DNA of 64,000 bases from Bryobacteraceae bacterium (GCA_052144455.1 JBKQQG010000101.1:14717-78716), one strand, 5' to 3'. Counted from the first letter of the stretch, positions 1 to 8,525 are shown. Translations and numbers: made by a program. The notes: a model not told the origin generated them from the sequence alone.

Positions 1-959
1 TGGGCTTCGCTTCGCCGTTTTTCACGAGCGGGCGCTCGTCGATTCTGCCCACCATCGCCAGCCGCGAGGAACTGCATACCGTCAACTCGGTGACCCAGAC
101 CACGCAGTGGTGCACGCTGGTTTTCGGCACGCTGTCCGCCGGCTACAGCGCGGCTCTGTTTGGCCATCAATGGGCCTTCGGCATCAACTCGTTTTCGTTC
201 CTGTTCTCGGCCTGGGCCATCTCGAGACTGCGCGCGCCCAGGGGCACGTTTCGCGCCGAGCGCGCCGCCCTGACCGAGGCCGAGGTGGCGCGGCCCTGGC
301 ACGAGTACGTCGAGGGACTGCGCTATATGCGCCAAGCGCCGCTGATCCTGGGCATCGCGGTGGTCAACCTGGGCTGGGCCACCGGCGGCGGCGCGGCGCA
401 GATTCTGTTCAGCCTCTTCGGCGAGTTGGTGTTCCAGCGCGGCCCGGCGGGCATCGGACAGATTTGGGGCTGCGCCGGGGTGGGGCTGGTGATCGGCGGC
501 ATGGTGGGCCACTGGTTCGGCAAGCGCGCCAGCTTCGCCGCCTACAAGCGGGCTATCGTAGTGGCCTACATCGTCCACGGCGGAGCGTACGTTCTGTTCA
601 GCCAGGCGCAGCCGTACTGGCTGGCGCTGGTCTTCATCGCGTTATCGCGCGCGGCGGTAGCGGTCAGTTCCGTGTTGAACATGTCGCAACTGCTGCGCCA
701 CGTCGCGGACGAATATCGGGGCCGCGTATTCGCGACGCTGGAATCGCTGCAGTGGTCGGTGATGCTAGCGTCAATGACGGTGGCGGGCATCGCCAGCATG
801 CACTACAGCCCGCGGCTGATCGGGCTGTGGTCGGGCATTCTCAGCTCCACCACGGCGCTGGCCTGGGGGCTGCTAAACTGGACCGGACGCCTGCCCGAGC
901 CGGCGCCCGAGGGAGTGGATCCCAACGAGGTGGAAGTACACGGGGAGCCTAGAGCGTAG
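1..959 (+). CDS. MFS transporter, 3' part (5' end lies outside the window)
   Basis: The frame of the 90..959 ORF stays open back to base 3 (GFASPFFTSGRSSILPTIASREELHTVNS...). The product is hydrophobic and multi-TM, resembling the C-terminal half of an EntS/MFS_1-type transporter. Confidence 0.6.
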   Translation, partial: GFASPFFTSGRSSILPTIASREELHTVNSVTQTTQWCTLVFGTLSAGYSAALFGHQWAFGINSFSFLFSAWAISRLRAPRGTFRAERAALTEAEVARPWHEYVEGLRYMRQAPLILGIAVVNLGWATGGGAAQILFSLFGELVFQRGPAGIGQIWGCAGVGLVIGGMVGHWFGKRASFAAYKRAIVVAYIVHGGAYVLFSQAQPYWLALVFIALSRAAVAVSSVLNMSQLLRHVADEYRGRVFATLESLQWSVMLASMTVAGIASMHYSPRLIGLWSGILSSTTALAWGLLNWTGRLPEPAPEGVDPNEVEVHGEPRA

Positions 960-972
960 GGAGGCGATTGCG

Positions 973-1785
973 ATGTCCAAGAATCTGAGCATTTGTGCCG
1001 GCGTCATTGCGGGCCTGGCGGCTTGCGTTTGGGTTGCGGCGGCACAGACCAAAGTCGAACACGTCAATTCGGTGAAGCTGCTGGTGGCCGTGGATCGATC
1101 CAGCCCTTGCCACCTTTCGCTCAGCGCCTCGATCGAGGCCAGCGGGATGGGAACGGTTTGGTACCGCTTCCTGGGTCCGGACGGCGTGACCTTCGATTTC
1201 GGGGCGGAAGGCACGAAGGAGCTGCAATTCGGTCCCTCCTTCGGGGCCGGCAGGGGAGCGAAGATGGCCCACGACATTCGGGGCGAGTTCAAGGTGGAGG
1301 CCGCGATGGTGGGAGCGAATGGCAAGCCTGGGCCAATCACCGTCTCGAACGTCGTCCCGGCGGCCTACACCTGCGGCGGAGGAACCGAAATCGCAACCCC
1401 TCTCCCGGGCGCAGGAGTGCCGGCCGTGAGCCAGGAGGCCAAGCCTGCGGGAAAGGTGACCGCGGTCCGCCTACGCCTGGTTCCCGAGCGTTATTCGGGT
1501 CCCTGCCCGGGCCACGTACAGTTGGTGGGTGAAATCACAACCGATGGACCGGGAACAGCGTGGTACCGCTTCCTGGCCGGGGCGGTGAGCCACTCGCCCG
1601 AGGGGACCTTGAAGTTCGATTCCGCGGGCACCAAGACGGTGACCATCCAAGGGGCCTTCAACAGCGCTCCGCAAGTCCCGCACGCGTCCATGCTGGCGAT
1701 CATGTTGGATTCGGACGGGAAGCACGGGCCGCAGAACGTAACCTCCGGCCCGGTCGATTACAACATCACCTGCGCCGCCAAGTGA
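973..1785 (+). CDS. Secreted or lipoprotein-like hypothetical protein built from two ~105-aa internal repeats
   Basis: N-terminal signal-like segment (MSKNLSICAGVIAGLAACVWVAAAQ). Two repeats each contain G(T)xWYRFLG/A ... FD(F/S)xAxGTK and end in Y(T/N)(I)TC. Confidence 0.6.
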   Translation: MSKNLSICAGVIAGLAACVWVAAAQTKVEHVNSVKLLVAVDRSSPCHLSLSASIEASGMGTVWYRFLGPDGVTFDFGAEGTKELQFGPSFGAGRGAKMAHDIRGEFKVEAAMVGANGKPGPITVSNVVPAAYTCGGGTEIATPLPGAGVPAVSQEAKPAGKVTAVRLRLVPERYSGPCPGHVQLVGEITTDGPGTAWYRFLAGAVSHSPEGTLKFDSAGTKTVTIQGAFNSAPQVPHASMLAIMLDSDGKHGPQNVTSGPVDYNITCAAK

Positions 1786-1839
1786 ATGCGTGCGTGACTG
1801 GCCGCTCACAACATCCCCACCCGGGACGATGAGATCAGG

Positions 1840-2154
1840 GTGAGCCAGTTCTTCGAGAATGCACGCAGCATTTTTGAGGCAGCGGAGTCGGCGTCGCGCG
1901 CTGGCCAGGTCGCCTCAGACCTTACCATCCTGATTGGAACCGAGGGTGGAATACAAATGGTCGCGGATTCCGATTGGCCGCTGGAGCGTCTGCTCGCCCA
2001 CCGCGGTGCGCAAATGGCGTATCGGGTGGGCGAGCGGGACGGAACAGTGCGGCTGGAAGGGCGTTCGGGCCGGCAGACTTGCCGGCTCGAAACCGCCCCC
2101 CGCGTTCGCGAAGCTCTGTGGGGACCCCGGGCGGTGCTGCCGCCCGCGGGTTAG
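1840..2154 (+). CDS. Hypothetical small protein
   Basis: 104-aa ORF with a GTG start and acceptable GC3 codon pattern. I recognised no family. Confidence 0.35.
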   Translation: MSQFFENARSIFEAAESASRAGQVASDLTILIGTEGGIQMVADSDWPLERLLAHRGAQMAYRVGERDGTVRLEGRSGRQTCRLETAPRVREALWGPRAVLPPAG

Positions 2155-3179
2155 GCCAGGCCGGCTTCCCGCAGGAATTTAGCAGACTCCTCGGGCGGGG
2201 TGGGGTTGATGTAAAAACCGGTGCCCCATTCGAATCCCGCCACCCTGGTCAGCTTGGGAATCAGCTCCATGTGCCAGTGATAGTAGGCCAGCTTGGGCTC
2301 CTGCAAGGGCGCGGTGTGGATCATGAGGTTGTAGGCGGGGCGTTCGAGCACCTTGTCGATCTCCCGCATCAGGGTGGGCATCACCCATCCCAGGTTGTGG
2401 AAGGTGGGGATGTCGGAATCCTCGAAGTGCGAGAAGTGCCGGCGGGGGAGCACCCAGATCTCGAAGGGGAAGCGGGCGGCATAAGGGCAAATGACCAGGA
2501 ACTGCTCGGTCTCCAGTACGACGCGGCTGCCAGTGTTGATTTCCTGGCGCAGGATGTCGCAGAAAATGCAGCGCTCCTTCAGGTCGTAGTAACGCTTGGC
2601 GCCCTCCAGTTCCTCCTGCACGCGGCGCGGCACCACCGGCAGGGCGATGAGCTGGGAATGGGAATGCTCGAGCGTGGCGCCGGCCGATTCGCCGTGATTC
2701 TTGAAGGCCAGGATGTAGCGCATGCGCTGGTCCTTCTTGAGGTCCAGGAAGCGGTCGCGGATGGCCCAGAAAATGTCCTCCGCGCGCTTGTCGGCCATGC
2801 CGCCCAGCGTGAGATGGTGCTCGGGAGCCTCGATGACGACCTCGTGCGCGCCAATGCCGTTCATCTTGTCGTAGAGCCCCTCGCCCTGGCGGTCGAAATC
2901 GCCTTCCACGCGCAGGGCCGGGAATTTGTTGGGCACCACGCGCAGGGTCCAGCCAGGCTCGTTGGGCCCGCCGCTTTGGCGATAGGCCAGCACCTCGGGA
3001 GGCGTCTTCTGCTCGTTGCCCGGACAGAACGGGCAGAAGCGGTCGCCTTTCGGGATTACCGGCTGGCGGTTGAAATCGGCCGGGCGGCGGCTGCGGTCGG
3101 TGGCGATGATGACCCAGCGGCCGGTCACCGGATCTTTTCGAAACTCAGGCACAGGGGGCGTCCTCCAGAGAATTGACAA
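2151..3179 (-). CDS. GalT-family HIT nucleotidyltransferase (galactose-1-phosphate uridylyltransferase / ADP-glucose phosphorylase-like)
   Basis: Zn-site-like CPFCPGNE near the N-terminus and an HSHSQLIALP histidine-triad-type active-site motif. 342 aa. Confidence 0.75.
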   Translation of the reverse strand: MSILWRTPPVPEFRKDPVTGRWVIIATDRSRRPADFNRQPVIPKGDRFCPFCPGNEQKTPPEVLAYRQSGGPNEPGWTLRVVPNKFPALRVEGDFDRQGEGLYDKMNGIGAHEVVIEAPEHHLTLGGMADKRAEDIFWAIRDRFLDLKKDQRMRYILAFKNHGESAGATLEHSHSQLIALPVVPRRVQEELEGAKRYYDLKERCIFCDILRQEINTGSRVVLETEQFLVICPYAARFPFEIWVLPRRHFSHFEDSDIPTFHNLGWVMPTLMREIDKVLERPAYNLMIHTAPLQEPKLAYYHWHMELIPKLTRVAGFEWGTGFYINPTPPEESAKFLREAGLA

Positions 3180-3614
3180 TTATAGCGTCTGGATCGGGGC
3201 GAAGGCATCCGGGAAATGGGTGATGGCGGGCGGCTCGCTGAAAACGACGCTCAGCAAGTCGAAACGGACGCGCTCCCAGGGGACTCCGGCGCGGCGGGTG
3301 TAGTGGCGGGCGGCGCGGAGCAGGGCCGTGCGCTTCTCCTGGTCCACGTTGCGGAGCGGAGAGCCGAACTCGTCCGTGGTTCGCGATTTGACCTCGACGA
3401 AGACCAGCGTGCCGCTGTGCCAGGCCACCAGATCGATTTCGCCCGCTCCGGAGGGCGGCCGGTAGTTGCGCGCCACGATCATGAAGCCGCGACGCTCGAG
3501 GTACCGGTGAGCCAGGTCCTCGCCGCGTCGGCCGGTGGCCTGTTCCGCGTTCCAACTCCGCAAGCGGGCGCGGTGGCGGGCGGCGTCGCACAGCCGGTAC
3601 AGCCAGCCGATCAC
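3180..3614 (-). CDS. yraN: YraN family (UPF0102) endonuclease-like protein
   Basis: GEDLAHRYLERRGFMIVARNYR...GEIDLVAW...LVFVEVKSRT matches the YraN signature. Its stop abuts the downstream GalT-like start. Confidence 0.8.
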   Translation of the reverse strand: MIGWLYRLCDAARHRARLRSWNAEQATGRRGEDLAHRYLERRGFMIVARNYRPPSGAGEIDLVAWHSGTLVFVEVKSRTTDEFGSPLRNVDQEKRTALLRAARHYTRRAGVPWERVRFDLLSVVFSEPPAITHFPDAFAPIQTL

Positions 3615-4138
3615 TTCAATACCTCGAATTCGAACTCGAGGACCTTTCCTCGCACCACGTAGCAGCAGTAATGCTCCCAGAAGAGCCGGAAGCGCCGGAA
3701 ACGGTTCACCAGAAACTCCAGCCCTAGCATCCTCCAGAAAGCCAGTAGCTTGACGTGGACGGAAATCTCCCGGAATCTGGCGCGGGAATAGTAGCCAAAC
3801 CCGCCGTGGCGCTCTCCGAAATAGCGGAACGAGAAGCTATTGAGGTGCCAGCGGTGGGTGGGATCGCAGAAGGAACTGAAGTCGGTGTAATGCGGAGTGA
3901 CGATACGGACGCGGCCCCCGGCCCGCACCAGACGATGAAACTCCTCCATGGCGCGGATGACATCGGCCAGGTGCTCGATGACGTGCACCGCCTGGAGGCC
4001 GTCGAAGCTACTGTCGGCGAAGGGGTACGGGAAGCGGTCGAGATCGCAGAGAACGTCGGCGGCGCTGGCCGGGTTGCGGTCGATGCCAATCGCGCCCGGG
4101 GCCTTCTTGATACCGCAGCCGACGTCGAGGGTTCGCAA
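3611..4138 (-). CDS. Class I SAM-dependent methyltransferase
   Basis: Motif I LDVGCG and a Methyltransf_11-like core (DGLQAVHVIEHL, GGRVRIVTP). There is a 4-nt overlap with yraN. Confidence 0.7.
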   Translation of the reverse strand: MRTLDVGCGIKKAPGAIGIDRNPASAADVLCDLDRFPYPFADSSFDGLQAVHVIEHLADVIRAMEEFHRLVRAGGRVRIVTPHYTDFSSFCDPTHRWHLNSFSFRYFGERHGGFGYYSRARFREISVHVKLLAFWRMLGLEFLVNRFRRFRLFWEHYCCYVVRGKVLEFEFEVLK

Positions 4139-4288
4139 ACAAGGCTATCTTAGCAGACGGCCATTGGCCAACAGCGGGGCGAAGCTGACGGGCGGTGCCG
4201 GCCGAGGCGCAGGATGGCGGGTTCGGGTCGTGCCTGGGGAGGCGTTGTGTTCCACTCGCCTCTCACGGAGGCGCCGCTGTTCCCCATT

Positions 4289-4305
4289 GTGCTACACTGT
4301 AGCAC
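4289..4305 (+). promoter_or_regulatory. Perfect 8+1+8 palindrome GTGCTACA-C-TGTAGCAC overlapping an extended -10 (TGcTACACT), directly abutting the vapB ATG. Candidate TA operator plus leaderless promoter.
   Basis: Read directly from the sequence. The hexamer TACACT (4293..4298) is preceded by TGc. The ATG at 4306 lies 8 nt after the hexamer and there is no SD. Confidence 0.5.
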
Positions 4306-4554
4306 ATGAGGAAGACCTCGGTCCGTGAACTCCACATTCACACTTCGGAGCTTGTTCGCGAGGTCGCGGAGGGTGGCGCTATCGTGATCGAACGCCGCGG
4401 CGAACCCGTCGCGGAGCTGCGCCCTATTACCGCTCCGTCGCGAATGCCCGACGCCGAGAAAGCGCGGATTTTCAACTCCATGCGCGAGATCTGGGCTCGC
4501 ATGCCGCAGCTCGCCGACAGCACGAGAAGCATCGAAGAAGATCGCGATCGATAG
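4306..4554 (+). CDS. Type II antitoxin (Phd/YefM / VapB-like)
   Basis: 82 aa. The N-terminus (SVRELHIHTSELVREVAEGGAIVIERRGEPVAELRPI) is typical of prevent-host-death-type antitoxins. It sits 6 nt upstream of a PIN toxin gene. Confidence 0.75.
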   Translation: MRKTSVRELHIHTSELVREVAEGGAIVIERRGEPVAELRPITAPSRMPDAEKARIFNSMREIWARMPQLADSTRSIEEDRDR

Positions 4555-4560
4555 AGCGCC

Positions 4561-4986
4561 GTGTATCTTGACACCTCGTATATCGCCAAGTTCTATTTCA
4601 ACGAACCCGAATCGCCTCGGGTTCGAGAACTTGTGCGGACAGCCGATACGATCCATTCGTCGGTGTGGGCTTTGGCCGAGTTCCACGGGGTGATTCATCG
4701 CCGCCTGCGCGAAGGCTCATTGTCACCCATCGACGCCCGAGCACTGTCCTCCCGTTTCTACGAGCATGTGCAGGAGGGCTTGTGGAAGCTTATACCGATT
4801 TCGGAAGCTCTGCTGCGGAGAACCAGCGCCCTGGTCGTTTCCGCGCCGGCCGGCCTCTTCATACGCACGGCCGATGCGGTGCATCTGACGACCGCACAGG
4901 AGGCCGAAGAACGCGACGTATGGACTAGCGACCGCCACATGCTCGCATCCGCTGCCTACTTCGGGTTGACGGGCCGGTCTGTTTAG
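4561..4986 (+). CDS. vapC: Type II toxin VapC (PIN domain ribonuclease)
   Basis: N-terminal (M)YLDTSYIAKFY with the conserved Asp, and a C-terminal ...D..HL..A......WTSD pattern. 141 aa, with a GTG start. Confidence 0.75.
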   Translation: MYLDTSYIAKFYFNEPESPRVRELVRTADTIHSSVWALAEFHGVIHRRLREGSLSPIDARALSSRFYEHVQEGLWKLIPISEALLRRTSALVVSAPAGLFIRTADAVHLTTAQEAEERDVWTSDRHMLASAAYFGLTGRSV

Positions 4987-5596
4987 TGCCCCCGACCGGC
5001 GGAAAGCCCGGCACGGCTGCGGCGGAGAAATCCGGGCGGGGGGAGTTCGCTGGTGTAGGAGCTCGAAAGTCGCAATGCCGCGAATGGCTGCCGGATGGTG
5101 GTCTCTAACTGGCCGGCGCGCCAGCAGACGCGCTCCAGCAGCAGGTGAAGCAGCCGCCGCTGCTCGGTCGGCGGCTGCTGAGGGAACCCCACGCAGGCCG
5201 CACTGATGAGCTCGTTCTCGTGGATCGCGTCCATGAAGCCGTTCCCCGCTGGTCCCAGTTCTGCAGTCTTGCGCTGCAGCTCAACCTGTTGGGATCGCCA
5301 GGCCGCAGCTTTCTCATCGCAGAACGCCTTGCTGATTCTGGCGTCCGGCTTGTCCAGGTACAATGCCCCGAGGCGCGTGCCGAGCCGGCCGTGTTCCGCC
5401 TGTGCTCTTGCCAACGAATGCTCGCGCGCCCGCTATTCGGCGACATCCGATTGCGACAGCGCGGCGCGCAACCAATCCGTCACGGGCTTAGGGGCGACCG
5501 GATTCCCCAGTTGTTCGACGACGCGCTCGGAGAGCAGTTCCTCGCGCGCGTACGGCGGGGGGCACCTCTGCCGGCAGTCCACCCGGCGCGGCCTGA
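4983..5596 (-). pseudogene. Remnant of a large serine recombinase (C-terminal zinc-ribbon / coiled-coil part only, broken by a stop or frameshift)
   Basis: Minus-strand translation of 5430..5596 gives ...VDCRQRCPPPYAREELLSERVVEQLGNPVAPKPVTDWLRAALSQSDVAE*. A second frame (4983..5414) then gives ...LGALYLDKPDARISKAFCDEKAAAWRSQQVELQ..., the YxDKLDGxI..F..K...W motif of large serine recombinases. No catalytic resolvase domain is present. Confidence 0.6.
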
Positions 5597-5610
5597 CGAT
5601 CTATCCGCGG

Positions 5611-6891
5611 CTAGACGCTGCGATTACCCTTGCCGACATTGCAGTCCGAGCAGAGCGTTCGCAGGTTCTCGAACGTGGTCTTACCTCCGTTGGAGAAGGC
5701 AACATTGTGGTCGACGTGCAATATGCAGCCGAACTCAGTGGCGGGGCTCCGCCCGCAACGCCGGCAACGGAACTGGTCACGCAGAAGCACCCTGAACCGA
5801 AGGTGTTTGCTGGGCTCGCGCCTGTCCTCGGGCTTGACGTTCGCCTGCGCGCGCCTTGTGACGCGAGGACGGGCGCCACCTTGACTTGCAGGTTGCGGTT
5901 TGCCCGTACCGGCGGCACCGGTCGTGGGACTTTCCGTTGGGTCGGTGCGATCGGCCAGCCCGGAAGGATCTTGTTCAGGATCGAGCGCCGGATCGCCATC
6001 GGCTTCCGAGTTCGCGCGCTCCACGAAGGCCTTTAGCGCCTTTCTCCATCCACCATAACGATGGATGTAGGTACTCTTGCCAACAGTCGACGGTGGCCGG
6101 TCCATCTCGGATACGGTCGGCGGTCGACCGTAGTGCGTCCAAACTTCGAGGAGGTTGTGGAACACCTCGTCCTCAGTGTGTCTCCGTCCGTGACTGGCCT
6201 GCTCGATACCCGCCTGTCTGAGCGCTGCTGAGACGCTGCCGAATCTGTGAAGCAACAGGGACTGAGTGATCTCAGAGTTCGCCGCAATATCCGCGCCGGC
6301 GAGGGAAGCCTTGCCCAGTTGCGCGGAGATGGCGCGTACCCGGGCGAGGATTTCTTCGTTGCTCATCGCGCGGCCCGGCTGCGCCTTCATTCGTTCAGTT
6401 GTAGGCGGGCCTACGAATCGGCTGCCGATTTCCGCTACGTCGAGCGCCTCTCGCCAACCACCAAACCGCCGCTTGACACAGGTGGGCGAGTAACGCCCGT
6501 GCGTCGAATAGAACTCGCTTGTGAACGGCTCATTCGGAGACGACTCGGATACTCGCCTCAGGTCCTCGGTAATCGCGGCGTCCGAGTAGTCTGGTAAAGC
6601 GTGGTCAACGCGGGCTCTCCTGGTCGCCTCGCTCCACGATCCGAATCGTCTGCCCACTGCGCAGCTCTTGATGTATCTGGAACTGGAGTCAAAGTCGTTC
6701 GCTGTCAGGCGGCGGTCCGGCAGCAATGCGGCAACACGCCGAATTTCGGCCAGCAGCGCCTCGTCCGACCTGTCTTCCGGCCAAGGGATTTCGAACTTCG
6801 CCATGTGCGTTGGGCCTAACTCATGTTTGGGCCGACCTGGGCAAGACCGGCTGCGGTCGGTCTGAGGCAAGGGCGCCGGTGGCCGACCCAA
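5611..6891 (-). CDS. HNH endonuclease with four N-terminal ~55-aa 'homing endonuclease-associated' type repeats (the start may be the internal MAKFEIPW at 6804)
   Basis: The C-terminus (FRCRRCGRS...HVDHNVAFSNGGKTTFENLRTLCSDCNVGKGN) is an HNH motif. The N-terminal repeats end in RFGSWSEA / RFGGWREAL / RFGSVSAAL / RYGGWRKAL. The linker is Pro/Gly-rich. Confidence 0.75.
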   Translation of the reverse strand: MGRPPAPLPQTDRSRSCPGRPKHELGPTHMAKFEIPWPEDRSDEALLAEIRRVAALLPDRRLTANDFDSSSRYIKSCAVGRRFGSWSEATRRARVDHALPDYSDAAITEDLRRVSESSPNEPFTSEFYSTHGRYSPTCVKRRFGGWREALDVAEIGSRFVGPPTTERMKAQPGRAMSNEEILARVRAISAQLGKASLAGADIAANSEITQSLLLHRFGSVSAALRQAGIEQASHGRRHTEDEVFHNLLEVWTHYGRPPTVSEMDRPPSTVGKSTYIHRYGGWRKALKAFVERANSEADGDPALDPEQDPSGLADRTDPTESPTTGAAGTGKPQPASQGGARPRVTRRAQANVKPEDRREPSKHLRFRVLLRDQFRCRRCGRSPATEFGCILHVDHNVAFSNGGKTTFENLRTLCSDCNVGKGNRSV

Positions 6892-7181
6892 GCAGCAACT
6901 TCCTTGTCCATAACGAGCTCTACCATGGCAAACGACCTCGCTCCCTGTTTTAGGCCAACCGCTGAGCAGGAGAGCCCCGTCGCTCTCAACGGGGACGCGT
7001 TTGCAAAACCGATCAGAGGAAGATCCCCAGTGGCGAGCGACGATTCCCAGTTGCGCTGCTCATGACACCCGGCCCCAGGAAATACCTGGCACCAATCAGA
7101 AAAGATATCACAATCATAAGACGCGCGTGCTGCTACGACTCGCCTTGCCGCGACATCCCGCCGTCCGGGTCAATCGGCAGC

Positions 7182-8525
7182 CTACGCCGCCGTCTGGCAC
7201 AGGGTGCGATCCTGCTGGCGCAGGCACTCCTCGAGGACGCGACAGGCGAAGTCGGCTTGCTGCGTGGTGATGACCAAAGGCGGGCTGAGGCGCAGGGTGC
7301 TCTCGCCGGCGCCCAGGACCAGCAGGCCGCGCTCGAAGGCCATTTGCACCAGTTGGTCGCGCAGGTCGTGGGCGCTCTCGGGGGCGCCCAGGCGGTCCAC
7401 GAATTGGACGCCGATCATCAGTCCCAGCCCGCGCACCTCGCCCACCTGGGGGAAGCGCTGGGGCCACTCGCTCATGCGGCTCATGAGATGCGCACCCACC
7501 CGCGCGGCGTTCCGGATGAGGCCGGCCTCCAGCAGGTCCAGGGTCGCGAGCGCTGCGGCGACCGAGACCGGGTTGCCTCCGAAGGTGGAAGCGTGCGCTC
7601 CAGCAGGCCAGTCCATCAGCTCGGCGCGGGCGATCATGGCGCCCAGGGGCAGGCCGCTCGCGATCCCCTTGGCGGTGGTCAGAATGTCCGGAACGAGGTC
7701 GAAGTGCTGGCAAGCCCACATCTTCCCGGTGCGCCCCATGCCCGACTGCACTTCGTCGGCGATCAGCAGGATGCCGTGAGCCCTCGCCAGGCTCTGCAAT
7801 TGAGCGAAGAACTGCTTGGGGGGAACGATGTAGCCGCCTTCCCCTTGCACGGGTTCGAAGACGATGGCGGCGACCTCCTCGGGAGGCGCCACCGTATGGA
7901 AGAGCCGCTCGATGGCCTCGATGGAAGCGGCGGCGCCCGCCTGGTCGTGCGGAAACGGTACGTGGAACACGCCCGACAAAAGCGGCCCGAAACCGCGGCG
8001 CTGCACCACCTTGCTGGCGGTGAGGGAGAGCGAACCCATGGTTCGCCCGTGGAACCCGCCCAAGAAGGCAATGAACTTGTCGCGCCCCGTGTGGTAGCGG
8101 GCCAACTTGAGGGCGGCCTCGACGGCCTCGGTGCCGGAATTTCCGAAATAAACCCGCCGCGGGACGTCGCCGGGAGCAGCCGCAGCGAGGCGCTCGGCCA
8201 ATTCGACCATGTTCTGGTAGTAGAAGTCGGTGCCCGACATGTGGATCAGCCGGGCCGATTGCCGGCGGATGGCCTGGACGACGCGCGGATGGCAGTGGCC
8301 GGTCGACGCCACGGCGATGCCGGCGTTGAAATCGAGGAAACGGTTGCCGTCCACGTCCTCGACGAGCGCACCCTCTCCGCGCTCGGCCACCAGCGGGTAG
8401 CCCCGCGTATAGGAGGGGGACAGCACCTGGCTGTCCCGCTCGATGATGGCGCGCGCACGCGGACCGGGCAAAGGGGTGATAATGTGGGGCAGACTCGGGC
8501 GGCTGGCTGCACTCCTGGCTGGCAT
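7182..8525 (-). CDS. Class-III PLP aminotransferase (4-aminobutyrate / acetylornithine aminotransferase-like)
   Basis: 447 aa with a GABA-AT-like N-terminus (ITPLPGPRARAIIERD...), ...DGNRFLDFNAGIAVASTGHCHP..., ...LIADEVQSGMGRTGKMWA... and TTAKGIASG (PLP Lys). Confidence 0.8.
   Translation of the reverse strand: MPARSAASRPSLPHIITPLPGPRARAIIERDSQVLSPSYTRGYPLVAERGEGALVEDVDGNRFLDFNAGIAVASTGHCHPRVVQAIRRQSARLIHMSGTDFYYQNMVELAERLAAAAPGDVPRRVYFGNSGTEAVEAALKLARYHTGRDKFIAFLGGFHGRTMGSLSLTASKVVQRRGFGPLLSGVFHVPFPHDQAGAAASIEAIERLFHTVAPPEEVAAIVFEPVQGEGGYIVPPKQFFAQLQSLARAHGILLIADEVQSGMGRTGKMWACQHFDLVPDILTTAKGIASGLPLGAMIARAELMDWPAGAHASTFGGNPVSVAAALATLDLLEAGLIRNAARVGAHLMSRMSEWPQRFPQVGEVRGLGLMIGVQFVDRLGAPESAHDLRDQLVQMAFERGLLVLGAGESTLRLSPPLVITTQQADFACRVLEECLRQQDRTLCQTAA

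Larger units (their letters stand above)
4289..6891. mobile_element. Degraded mobile/defence islet (vapBC, serine recombinase remnant, HNH endonuclease)
   Basis: A TA module, an inactivated recombinase and a free-standing HNH nuclease are clustered between housekeeping-type genes. I identified no element boundaries or att repeats. Confidence 0.4.

Noticed and set aside
3840-3851. 12-nt exact match (TTGAGGTGCCAG) to one arm of the ORF6N palindrome, inside the methyltransferase gene
   Set aside because: It has no palindromic partner, so it cannot form the hairpin. It may be chance. It is mentioned under the palindrome finding but not called as a feature.
4150-4698. 182-aa minus-strand ORF opposite vapBC
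   Set aside because: It is antisense to a well-formed antitoxin/toxin pair with proper spacing, and I recognised no motif.
6892-7181. 290-bp intergenic region checked for a tRNA gene or att site at the edge of the HNH/recombinase islet
   Set aside because: There is no T-arm (GGTTCGAATCC-like) or acceptor-stem/CCA pattern and no repeat matching the other islet edge. Only a short CCCCGT/ACGGGG hairpin is present. I cannot support a tRNA or att call by eye.
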